A DNA stretch of 64,000 bases from Polymyxa betae A26-41. Lineage: Eukaryota > Protista > Endomyxa: Phytomyxea. The stretch covers positions 58,791 through 122,790 of the forward strand of contig RBZT01000525.1 of assembly GCA_003693705.1 (NCBI GenBank), given 5' to 3'. Under the pieces are notes generated by a model. That model did not search any database. It was not told where the DNA came from and saw only the letters and a list, made by a program, of their open reading frames with translations. Shown piece after piece: positions 25,904-39,075 of the stretch. The position numbers and the translations under genes were made by a program. How positions within the stretch are numbered: the first letter of the stretch is position 1; each line of letters begins with the position of its first letter.

Positions 25904-28153
25904 TTAATGGCGTCGCCATTTAAATCTGCCAACTTTCACAGCAACGCTGCTTCTATTCAGCGAGATCGCCGGATAAAGAACATTTGCTATATCAGACGAC
26001 CCAGCATTCACGATGAGGTCCTCGAAGGCGGTACCTTTATCAGCCGCATTCACCGAGAAAGATAACACCGCCGATTTTCTATCAGTACAGTCCAGCACGA
26101 CACCGATCGCATCGCCAACGGCCAGTGTCTCAGTGGCGTTGTACTGGCCACAGACCGAGTTGTGATATGATCGAGATCCTGCATGCAACGCCAGATAGCT
26201 CCAAGATTGGTTCGTAGCTCCGATCCATTGATCGACTGGATGATCGTGATTGCAGACGCCGACAAGAATCTCCCAGAACTCAGCCGGCAGCTTCTCGATG
26301 CGCAATTCGAACGAATAGAATCCGCCGCGCGAGCAATCGAACCCTTCGGAGAACAGGGCGGCGGCTTTCACGCCATCCTCGCCGCCCGTACACTCGATTA
26401 GTTCGTCGGAGACGCGAATGATTGGGGAGCACCGAGCTGGGTCGATTCGCTGTGATTCCATAACCGCTTGCATCTCCTTATCTTCGATCTCGCGCTGATT
26501 CAGGTCTTCCAGCGACAAGCGTGGTCGCAGGACCAGAATCGATTTCGCATACAGATCGAATTCGCAGCGACGCTCGTCGACTTCGCCGGTCTCTTTGCGC
26601 TGCTTATGGATTAAGGCGGCCGCCAAATACGACTTGGGTAATGACGGCTGCTGGAATGCGCGAGCCAGGCAGGCTGACGATAACAGATGGAATCGACAGG
26701 TCCGCCACAACCCCTACAAACATTCAGTGCTGTGCATTCAGAGGGTGAGAGCGGCACTTACCTCAATCTGCTCGGCGGTGATCTGTTCGGCGCGCTGTTT
26801 GACGTAGTCGCTAATCAGGTCAAAGACCAGATCTTCGTGGCCGCACTGCAACGCATCACGTGAAAGCACTTCGGTCAAGGTCAGCAGCGAGACTCCGGAA
26901 AACGACGACAGCTCGATGTTCTGCATGGCTCGGGCGATGACGTCGGCGCACCCCGACAGGATCTGCCGTAGCGTTCGTTCAACGCCAGTATGCAGGCCAG
27001 ACGCTTTCGGCAGATGTCTTTCGATGCGTTGGACGATGAAAATGACGTCGCTTGGGGAGATCTCGACATCGTCTAGGACCCGGACGGCGACATGGAACTC
27101 TTCGGTTGTCAGAATGGCGTCGCGCTCCTTCAGATACAGCGCCACGATGTTGCTCACATCGTGATCACCCTTCGTCACAAGCTCGTCGCTCGCCAGCATA
27201 TTGGCGAAAATACCGGGCCGCATGACCAGCAGCTCTTGCGGCCGGAACGAGAAGAAATTTCGGGCCAGCATGGTCTCGAGTCGTCGTATGAGGACCGCGA
27301 ACCGGTGATCAGTTGGGCGCGCCGTCAGCGTGATCTCGCCGCGCTGTTCGTATCCCTGAATCTGCTCGACGAAAAAGACGGCATGCTGTGGGTCGACCTC
27401 GTGGGCCTTAGTCAACGGAACCGTCATTCGCTCGAACTGCTCGACGGGCAGTGCCTGGTCTAGATGGTTGATGTACGACTGGATCACGTCGCTGACCGTA
27501 TAGACGCCGCCCGAGACGAGATCGTCGCGCTCCAGAATCTCACAGACGACACCGAGGGCGAACGGGTGAAAGTGCCGCGGTCGATACGTGGCGAAATCAT
27601 GCGCCACGACCGCCTGACATTTCGTGACGACGTCGTACAAGCCCAGCTGCCAGGCTTGCAGCATAAGATCGATGGCGGTCGTAACTGACAGTTCCCGGTC
27701 GATAAAGGCGCCGTATTCTGCCTCGACGCCCATCTGCAGGTGCAAGGCCAGAGCTCGGGCACCGACCACCGTCTTCACATTGGGACGGAAATCTCCCGTC
27801 ATTACGTACTCGTGTAACTCGATGAACGCCGCCTGCAGTTGGCTAGCGACATCCGTGGCTCGTGCTGCCGGGTTGCACGGGACCTGAATGTCGAGCAGAA
27901 CGCGATTGTGGCGATCGCGGCGCGCCTCTCGATCCACCATCATTGCATAGATGAGCGGCGATGCTCGAGCTCCATTCGTGAAGTACTGTGATTGGATCGG
28001 TGTCGAGATGCCGCACAGCGTCAAGACGGCGGTGGCTAGGATGCCTCGGCGCCAGGGCGCGTCAGGGGCATTCAACGCTGCCTTGCAGTTGACTTCGACG
28101 ATGGCGACATCGTCGGGGTCGATGACGCCCGGCGCCATGACCGGGCTAGTCAT
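25904..28153 (-). CDS. BTB/BACK-like repeat + C-terminal SPRY domain protein
   Basis: Three BACK-like units (C..V.A..F...L..D.L......V...I..Y); SPRY motifs YSFELRI, GDAIGVVLD, LYPAISL; one intron ~26714-26760; alternative upstream ATG at 28246. Confidence 0.75.
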
Positions 28154-28402
28154 CTCATCCCGATCTGATATTTTGAAATTCGTCGCGTGCCCGATATAAG
28201 CTAGTCGATACAGGCCGGGTCGGAAGCTGCGCTTTCTGGCGCCCATATTCGAGTTCTGAACAATCGAGCTGGAAGGTGATCGGATCCGGTGAAGACGAGC
28301 AGCATTGGCGCACAGCGCCTTCTAGAATGTGCTCAGCTGCAGAATCATCGCGGACTGAAAATCCGTCGTCTATCCTACTGGATATGAAGAGGTTTATATT
28401 GA

Positions 28403-29184
28403 TTATTTAAAGATTTGAACACCGGTCGAGTTCTTACAATCGCCCAGGGAAAAAGTCTGCTTCTTTCCGGACTTGAACGTGAATGTAACGGTGGAATCCC
28501 CATTAAACAGGTTCCCGCCCTGAGCATTGAATGCGAACCAGGCTCCATTCGAGTTGGTGCCCTGGACCCCATTGACGGTCGCCGATTTGACAACCTCCCC
28601 GCCCGTGTTCATGACGCCCAAGTTCAGATAGTAGGGCGATGGTGCCGTATTCGGCCGATTGTAACAGACCATGTGCGGATCCTTGAACGGGTTCGTCAAG
28701 GACAACGACACGGAACAGGAGGAGATCCCAGGCGATGCATTACTGGTGGCCTTATTCCAGGTACTCTCAATCCTGCTGACGTTAACCAGCCTGAATTTCT
28801 ACCATCATAGATGCTTACATGTCGACACCACAAGAATCTGACCCAATATTGCAGGTCGACGCAACGATGGCGTTCACCGATTTCCCTCCGCAGTTGATAT
28901 TGAGAACCTGACCACACATACCAGCCTCGAATTTCAGGTCGCCCAAGGCGCCGGATTGGCCCAGAGCGACCGCATCCTGGACCTGATAGTCACCTGTTGG
29001 CAGAGAACATCCACCAGGATCCGTCTATAATAGAAATTAGAACAGACAGGTCGATTAAAACTTTGTTCGGTGGCACCTGTGTGGACCAGTATGTGCCTTT
29101 GACGCCGCTGGCCAAGATCGGCATGCTTGCTAATAGAGCCAGGAGCACAACAAGGATGATGCTGGCGATTGGTCTTGTTTTCAT
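28403..29184 (-). CDS. Secreted expansin-like protein A (DPBB domain + beta-sandwich-like domain)
   Basis: Signal MKTRPIASIILVVLLALLA; GTYWSTQ|TDPGGCSL...AVALG...GMCGQVLNINCG...IVASTC...GVDM; C-term PSPYYLNLGVMNTGG; 2 introns. Confidence 0.75.
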
Positions 29185-29308
29185 CCTGAAAATTATATAT
29201 GAATAGCGGCTTTGATGAAGAAGATGATTCAGAGGTCCCATTGATGAGTCATCGTTCCGAACAGATCTTGAGTCAATCACTGTCCTTAGATTGAAGTCTC
29301 GCCAACCG

Positions 29309-30048
29309 TTAATCAAGCTGGTCGGATTTTGGGTCATAGCCGACCGAAGACCTGAATACAATCAGCGCTGCTTCAAAGGCGAGGGGCCATACCTCACAAC
29401 TTATCGAGTCCTTCATCTCTGTTATGGACCATCTGTCGCATCGCGGATCCGGTTCGTCGCCGGCATAGGTGATCAACTGAACAACGAACTTGGCAAGATA
29501 ACGGCTGAGGAACGGCTGCTGGTGTTTAGGTTGCACAAGGTGAATCACAGGGCTCACAATACAAAGGAGGCCATTGTAGGCTTCCAGGTCCCAAACTTCG
29601 CTCGGGTTCCAAGAGGGTTCTTTTAGTATGAAATGCAATGCCATTTTGCTATTTCATTCGGACTGGAATAGATTTACGTATTGGGCTGGTGCACAGAAAC
29701 GCCATTCTATTGGGATCACTATCACATCGAGCATCCACATTGCAATAATTATAAACCACCAACGATAAACATCCTTGTACGAACAGCAAGAACTTTCAAT
29801 GAACAATGACATCCGCACACAAAAACGAAGTCACATTCTGATTTGCACAACCGACGAGCTAAGACCCGTCCGGTGTGCAACAATGATCTTCCTAGGATTA
29901 CACCATTTCTCACGACCTTGATAGTAGCTGGATTTATGGTATTGAAAAGATCAAATACAGCCGGCCAATCTGTGACCGCAGCACAAACGAACTGAACTCG
30001 TACCTCCGTTTGCAGAGCAGGCAGTATTTCACCCATGTTGATATACAC
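29309..30048 (-). CDS. Hypothetical multi-exon protein between the expansin-like paralogues
   Basis: Collinear ORF fragments 29749-30048 and 29309-29644; structure not resolved. Confidence 0.35.
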
Positions 30049-30278
30049 AGTTGATATCAGTCATATCAGACTCCCTTATCCAGCATCTTTCAACAAGCCA
30101 TCACATCACTACATCTTGATAGACTGGGTGCGATATCTGTATGTCGTTCCAATCAGCCAGAAATAATTCTCAAAACATTCAAAGCAACGCCATTAAAAGA
30201 ATCTCCAACGTTATTGAGACTCTAGATGTGTCAGGGAACTTCTTCGATGAGGATATTTATTTCGTATGAATAGTCGGC

Positions 30279-31297
30279 TTATTGAAAGATATGAACGCTG
30301 CCGGATTTCTGACAATTGCTCAAGAAGAACTTGGTGGTCTTTCCCGATCTGAACTTGAACTCGGCAACCGATTTGTCGCCGAATGTCTTCCCGCCCTGCG
30401 CGTTAAATGCGAACCATCCGCCGTTCGAGTTCTGTCCTTCGATGCCATCTAGGGTCGCCGACTTGAGGATTTCACCACCCGTGTTCATGACGCCCAAGTT
30501 GACATAGTACGGCGATGGATCTGTGCTAGGCCGGTTGTAGCACAGCATGTGATTCTCATGAAGGGGGTTCGTGTGTGCCAATGATACCGAGCAGAAAACC
30601 TCTCCGGGCGACTTGTTGCCAGTTGCCTTGTCCCAGGTTCGCTTAATCCTATAGCCTTCATGTCAGTATCAACCAATAATACACACTCAGCAAGAGCTTA
30701 CATATCAACGCCACATGAATCCGATCCGACATTGCAAGTCGAGGCAACGACGGCCTGGACAGGCTCCCCGTCACCACATTGGATGTTGAGGACTTGGCCG
30801 CACATGCCCGCCTCCCATCTCAGGCCACCCAATGCGCCCATCTGACCCAAGGCGATAGCATCAACGACAGCATAGTTGCCTTCTGGAAGAGAGCAGCCGC
30901 CGCTATCACTTTGTGTAGACCAGAAGGTGCCTTTGATGCTGCCGCCGCGTTTACCGCCGGATTTTTGAATGATTCCTTCGCCGTTGTTATTCTGCGGCTT
31001 GCTGGGCTTGGGCCAACCGTCATTGTGGCCATTTTTCTTTTGATTGTTGGGTTTCCACTGGCCTGCGTTGGGTTTCCACTGGCCTGCGTTCTTTTGATTG
31101 TTGGGTTTCCACTGGCCTGCGTTGGGTTTCCACTGGCCTGCGTTCTTTTGATTGTTGGGTTTCCACTCGACTACTCCTTTATTGCTGCCCTTGCCGCTGG
31201 CTTTGTTTTTGCGTTTGTCGTCGTTCTTTGCGTCAACGGCCATTGCCAGAATGATCATGAAGAGACAAGCAATGGCAAACACCTGGATGGTTTTCAT
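30279..31297 (-). CDS. Secreted expansin-like protein B with N-terminal QWKPN repeats
   Basis: Signal MKTIQVFAIACLFMIILAMAVDA; repeats; GTFWSTQSDSGGCSL...GMCGQVLNIQCG...GVDM; PSPYYVNLGVMNTGG; 1 intron. Confidence 0.8.
31038..31167 (-). repeat. Intragenic tandem repeat encoding (Q)WKPNNQKNAG / QWKPNAG
   Basis: ~54-bp compound unit repeated about 2.4 times. Confidence 0.9.
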
Positions 31298-31514
31298 GGC
31301 GAAATTTCAAGAATGAAGGGACCCGGACCCCCAGGGTTCCCATTTCTTCCACAGTTAAGGAATCAACGATCCGATCGTCGTTGATTCACGCCTCGTCGCC
31401 CAGATCCTGACAGAGACAATGCTCGAGGTCCGGTACTTTGGAGGATTGACAAGTTCGTAGTTTATGGGGTTCTATACAGGAAATGAGAGCGAGCAGTGAT
31501 TGACTCACCACGAG

Positions 31515-31645
31515 ATGATGTGAGGTCTGAAGAGAGGCCCTGCTGACATACCCCATTACCCCATCTCTGAGTCACCAATCATGATGTGAGTTCTGAAGAG
31601 AGGCCCTGCTGACACACCCCATTACACCATCTCTGAGTCCCAATC
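31515..31645. repeat. 66-bp tandem duplication upstream of expansin-like B
   Basis: Two near-identical copies starting ATGATGTGAG at 31515 and 31581. Confidence 0.92.
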
Positions 31646-31974
31646 AGAATCTCTGTTAGGAATCGGACGCCGTCGTGAGAGATGTCTTACAAGTCAGTCG
31701 CCTCCTGCTTTTTGGACAAGATCTTACAATCTTTATAATTATCCACATTAGAAGGGAATTTGAAGCTGTATACCTTGACCCAACCCTGATTTTTAGCCTT
31801 TTTTCATAATCTTTTTGAAATCTTGCCGAAGGCGAAGAATTCTACCATCGCATCTGCAGCAAAATCTGACAACCCCAGCAGAATTGGCCGGCAAAAATGC
31901 TTTTGTATTGTACATAAATACTCGTAAAAGAGATAAGGCTTCCAATAAACAAGATATACAGGGTTAGCAACTAC

Positions 31975-33680
31975 TTATGATATGTCCATAAACTCAATGA
32001 TGGTGCTGACAAGTCCCAGCAGAAAGCCACCAATGCATAAACAGAGGGCTGGAAATTTGTCCCTGGTGTGCCAGGGTCCAGGGAAGATCATCAGATAGAA
32101 CAGACCAGGTAAAATGAAAGACACGAACGCCGAAGTAGTTGAGCCCAGCAATGCGAATACGCGATCGATGGATGGGGCGAAGATCGCGATCCCCAACGCC
32201 GAAGATGTGATGCCGATCGTTAAGGCATGAAACCGAATCTGACCAAGCGTTAGTTGAATACGAATCGCAATGCGATGCGACGTCGAACCTGAGATGGTGG
32301 CGAATCCGGGAACAGCGCCATCTCAAGGGTAAATCGTAATGGGAATACATTGTATGGGAATGCTAGAGCTAGGCTAATGCCCATGACGACCTGGGCCACA
32401 CCCATCATTGGATTGGACACCAGAACGTAATTGTATAAAATATCAGGTGAAGTTCGGTCCAGATGGTGAAGAAAGCCAAAAACGCCAATTATCTATTAAC
32501 AAATTCAGGATTAGTTTCCGATGTGAAACATTTAGAGGTTATGCGTACCGAATACAGCAGAGATATAATGAAGGTCGAACGGCGGGCGACTTTCTTCATG
32601 CGGCGAATGCTGGGTCGCTGCAGTTCAGTGTAAATCGAGAAAATATTGATCTGACAGGTGAACGCGAACATGAACATTGATAAAGCTCGGAACGTCGCCC
32701 TGAAGACCGGCTGATCAGCTGAGACTCGTCATATCAATAACCAGATGATACACTACCAGCCCGGGCGGAAAGCTAATGGCAACAGCGGCGGCAGTCCAAA
32801 ACGAATTATATGCATAATAGATCCAACAGCAACGGCCACCACCAGATAGCAGATTGAGAAGATGCCGATAAGCGAAGAGAATCGCAGCGAGCTTATCTGT
32901 GCGAACGCATCAGCAGCTTAATGGCAGGAACATCGCAGGAAATGAAACCTTTTCCACTAGCGATAGAGGAAACATGACGAATGAAACGATTACGCTCATG
33001 ATGATCGCCTTCTGGTTAACGAGAGGATGGTCAGGGAATAGATGAAGTAGAATCGGGGCCTGTACAGATGATTACACAACCTCAAAGCTATAGCAGCGTT
33101 CTTGACATACGACGATGTCATGAGATGCAACAATATAGGCGACACAGCAACCGAAACAGAATATGATGATCGAGACATCAACAATGCTGGAAACTCGCTT
33201 GCCAAAACAGAGCACGGCCATGTCCTCAAACGTTGACAGACGTGTCTCATCGCGGCAGCTATAGAGCACAGCGATAAGCGAGCTGCTTATTCAATCAAGG
33301 ATAGACAGCAACCTGACTAGAAGCGAGATCGAATAGACAGTCGCGGCGGCCGAGACCGACAGCAATATCAGTCCGAGAGCGAAACCTGAAAGCCGAAAGG
33401 CATACGGCAGCGATAGAATCCCAGCGCCTCTGTCAGGCCAGAATTAGAACAGTCAGTGCGGAAGCTGCAAAAAGAAATCTTTCCAGAAAATATGGTAAAG
33501 CATTTTAGACGCACAGCGCAGATGACGACAAGTTGAAAACCGAGCTCAGCATTGAGCCCGGGCTGAGAAATTTCTTTCTTCGTTGAGGAGCGAGCTGCTG
33601 ACTGGGAACTTCTTCATCTTCGATCTGGTCGAGAAGCGGTCTGCATGGGCATGCAAATCAAGATCAGCGCTTAGCAGCAT
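31975..33680 (-). CDS. Amino-acid transporter (AAAP/SLC38/AVT family)
   Basis: GSMLSSVFNLSSSAL|GAGILSLPYAF, FAFTCQINIFSIYTEL, LLGSTTSAFVSFILPG; many TM segments. Confidence 0.9.
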
Positions 33681-34540
33681 ATTAGACGCTGAATACCGAC
33701 GATTTCAATTGCGAGAGCGAGCTTTTAGATCGATGGGGTGTCAGCCGAGGATCGAACCGGGGTAGACGTCGAACCTCACTATCATCAGCGATATCCCTGG
33801 CCTGTCCCTGCATGATTCGGTGATTCGGGAGTTGGAATCGGATGGCCGAAAACCAGAATCACCCCGAGTTTCAGCGAGCGATATCCCAGCGAGAACATGT
33901 ATTTCTGACGAACGGTGCGGGCGTGCCACGACCCAGGCTCTGCCCGCCCATCTTCAGGGTCGTCGCTTTGCATTCGATCGACGTGCCACGAATAAATCAA
34001 TTCACAGCGCCAGAACTTAGAGCTGGATTAATCGGGTCTGAGCAAGAAGTACCACTTAAGCCACACCTCGGTTGTTCCCGCAGAAATGAGCTCGCAAATT
34101 TCATGAAAGTTAACAAGATTCGGTTTTTGTAATGTTACGCCATGTTCTGTTATGTTACATCTTCCTTCAGACACATGTCACGCTTCCTCATTTTCAAGTA
34201 TGTAGAAATGGTTCACCAGTTGCTATGCGTGGCATCAATCCGGTATCTCGATAATTGCTTTCTCATCGAGAACCTGATGGGCGCAAAGGGACCGAAGGCC
34301 ACAACTTGCTCGAATAGACCGCATACAGAACTTTCCGGTGACCTGAGCGACAATTCAATCATGACGGATGAACGAGTCACGATAACATTAAAGTTCCATG
34401 GTCGGCGGAATAGCGATTGAGTCAAGTGGTTAGCAGAGATTCGAAAGACGGAATTAAGGTTGAGTCATGTTCTCGAAATTGAGTGAACTGGGAATCCGCG
34501 CCCCAAACTTCAGACTGCATTCGAACTTGAATTATCCACG

Positions 34541-36864
34541 ATGAAAGGACGAAAATTTTCTTCTATCAGCGAACGCACATCGCTGCTGAGCGATGCCGAT
34601 CGCATCGACAAAGTTGGCAATGCGGCTCGACGGATCTCCACAATCGCTGACTCAAGCGGAGTCCGGTTGGGCTTATTTCGTCATGCTCGTTTCAACACTC
34701 AGCATTTATGCACAGGCAGTCTTTCGTCATCCACGATGCCGCAGCCGAGGCGAACGCGCAATCGTCCAGCGTTCGTGAAAAATTCAGTCTCTGGATTGAA
34801 GCGAATGCATTTCTCCTGGGGTCAATGGCAATCTCCACAGGCCTGCTTTTCCTCATGAGGTTTAAAGGTTTCAATCCTCTTGGGCTTTCATATACCATAG
34901 CAGCCTCACCTCTGTTCTTCGGGCTTGTGAAACTAACATTGGATCTGATCGAACCGATCCTATTTGGCTTGATCTCCTGGATGTCTTCTATCTTGAACTG
35001 GTACATCGTCACCATGATCACATCGTTCAGCGACAATCTTCATCGCATCGGCTTAACTGCTGCCATGTACTGGTGGTTCTGGTATCACGGCCAAGATCCC
35101 TGGCTGGCGCTTTTCTTTAAAGCAAGCACTTTCAGCTGTATCGTCTGGGCTTGCAAGGAGGTCTGCTTGCGGTTCACGAGACGACTCATCATTATCTCGT
35201 CAATCATGAAGTCCATCGGGAAATCAGATCTTGGTATCTTCAATTGCAAATCGCTGTTATTTGGATTTGAACTTTCCTTGCAGAGCGGGACGCAATGATC
35301 CTATTGTGTTGTCCTAATGAAGAGACCCGTGCGGAAGAGCGCCGTCGCTGGAAAAACGATTCCTATCGGACCTCGCTCTTAAAGAAACTTGAGGTGATCG
35401 AAAAAGGTTGGACGAAAAAGCATTACGCCTGTACGCTTGTACCTGAACTCTGAATGAATTGCAGGAGCTTTGGACCTCCCGCTGCAGCCAGTAGGAGAGA
35501 ACGATGTCGCTTTTTGGAAATATTCCAGCGAGACTTATATCCGTATCAAGTCGCTGCATCAGATGAGGGTAAACGTTTTCCCAGAAACCTAAATGTATGG
35601 AAGCATCTAAGTGATCTCTAGATCATTGCAGCTGTCCTACGCGACAACCTTTTTGAAGGTTTGTCAGAGTGCGTTCGCCGATCCTATCAGACATCTTAGA
35701 GCAATACTTTAGGTGGACGTCGGCCCTCAATCAGTTTCGGATATTGGTGCAGCTTGTTTGCTAGCAGCACAGTCGCTGAGAAGACTTGGCGATCTTTGTA
35801 TGCAAAAGTCGTCCTCTCGCCAACCAAAATTTAAAATGATTTAGGTTTGAGCGGGATCAGACGTCGAGCACCGACACTCTGACAGGCAAGGACTTCGTCT
35901 GGGGAATCTACCAGGCATTCGAGCGCCGCAAACGATTGACATCGCAGTACATGAACTTGTCGAATTTGTTTACGATCTTAGAAACCGCCTGCAACGGTAT
36001 CTACGCCTTTATCGTATTCACAATTTTCGGAGTGTGCCTTGGGGCGGATGTCTCTCGTCTATCGGTGACCATCAGTACCACATTCGTCGCGCTGAGTTTC
36101 GCTATGTCAGGAACCGTAACCCGTCAGTTTGATAACCGACCTGTTGGTGCATGCTCACTTGAATGTCAATAGGTGTCTTCGAATCGCTGGTGCTTATCTT
36201 CGTGCGAAAGGTAAGATCTTGACTTCGACCACTCTATCTTGGCGTTTCTGATCATTGTTTTCCAAATAGCCTTTCGAGATTGGAGACCGAATCACGCTTA
36301 ACGGAGAGGATTACTTCGTTGAAAAGATCAACTTGATGACTACTGTTCTTCGAAAACGCGATGCACGTATCGTTCAGTTCTCCAACACTGCTTTGTCTGA
36401 TGCTGCCATCTGCAACCACCGAAGATCTGGGTAAAATCTGTTCTCTGCTTGCTTCTGTTTGTCCTAAAAAGCTTCCTCTCAGGCCTGCTATGATCGACCT
36501 GCAATTCATGGTTTCGTAAGCATCTACACTGTACTACCGTGCATTTCTTCATTTCTGATTTGCGTTTTTCAGCTACAACACCACAACTTCGCAACTTCAG
36601 CAGTTAAAGAATAAGATGGCCAATTACGTCAAAGAGAATGCTGACATTTGGGGAGGCGATATCGAGTTTTTAGTTGAAAACCTCGACAATTCCTCTGCTG
36701 TCAACATGACGCTTCGATGCTACCACCGACTCACCTGGCAAGAGAAAGCCACCTTGGACGAGCATCGATACGACCTGGCACAGAGCCTGCGGTTAGCCAT
36801 GAGCCAGCTTAAGATTGACACCAGCATCGGAGTCAAGAGCTCTGAAGTAGCGGTCGCTGCGTAA
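34541..36864 (+). CDS. MscS-like mechanosensitive ion channel
   Basis: N-terminal TM block; FVALSFAMSGTV.RVFESLVLIFVRK|PFEIGDRITLNGEDYFVEKINLMTTV is the MscS core. Confidence 0.85.
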
Positions 36865-37069
36865 CCCATTCTAGCCCAACTTCTATCGAAATAAACTGTC
36901 CCATCAATGGGCATGACAATATCTTCCTTGAACTGTAGTCAGCGGATTCCGGCCTATACAGATTGTATTATTATTATAGTAACAATGCTCTGTTTGTAAC
37001 GAACACAGCGATACCAATAGATGAGGGTTTGGAAGGGAGACGCAACCCTCTTCGTATTGCGCTCATGTC

Positions 37070-38777
<1,708 letters not shown>

Positions 38778-39075
38778 TCGGCTGGCTGATGTTCTCGACA
38801 AAAACAAATAAACATTTATCTTTAGTCCTGAAACCTGATGGTAAATACGGAGTAAAAAGCGAAGATGCAAGAACAGCACTCTCCGAGCCCCGAAAAGTGT
38901 AAACTTGAACTTTGAGGTTCAAATATGCGCAGTTTCGCAGCTTTTATTTTGTGAGCGGAACCCAGCGGCATCTAAGAATTGCTCTAAGTTTCCATCCATA
39001 CTGTATTACAGTATAATAACATCCTCGAATCCGGGGTCTTTTCTGGCACATTTCGTGCCCCCTCCGACCATCGTC

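Noticed and set aside
30779-31384. 201-aa hydrophobic repeat ORF (VGFPLAC)
   Set aside because: Antisense translation of the QWKPN repeats
31515-31645. CRISPR-like array
   Set aside because: Two contiguous copies, no spacers, eukaryotic context, no cas genes
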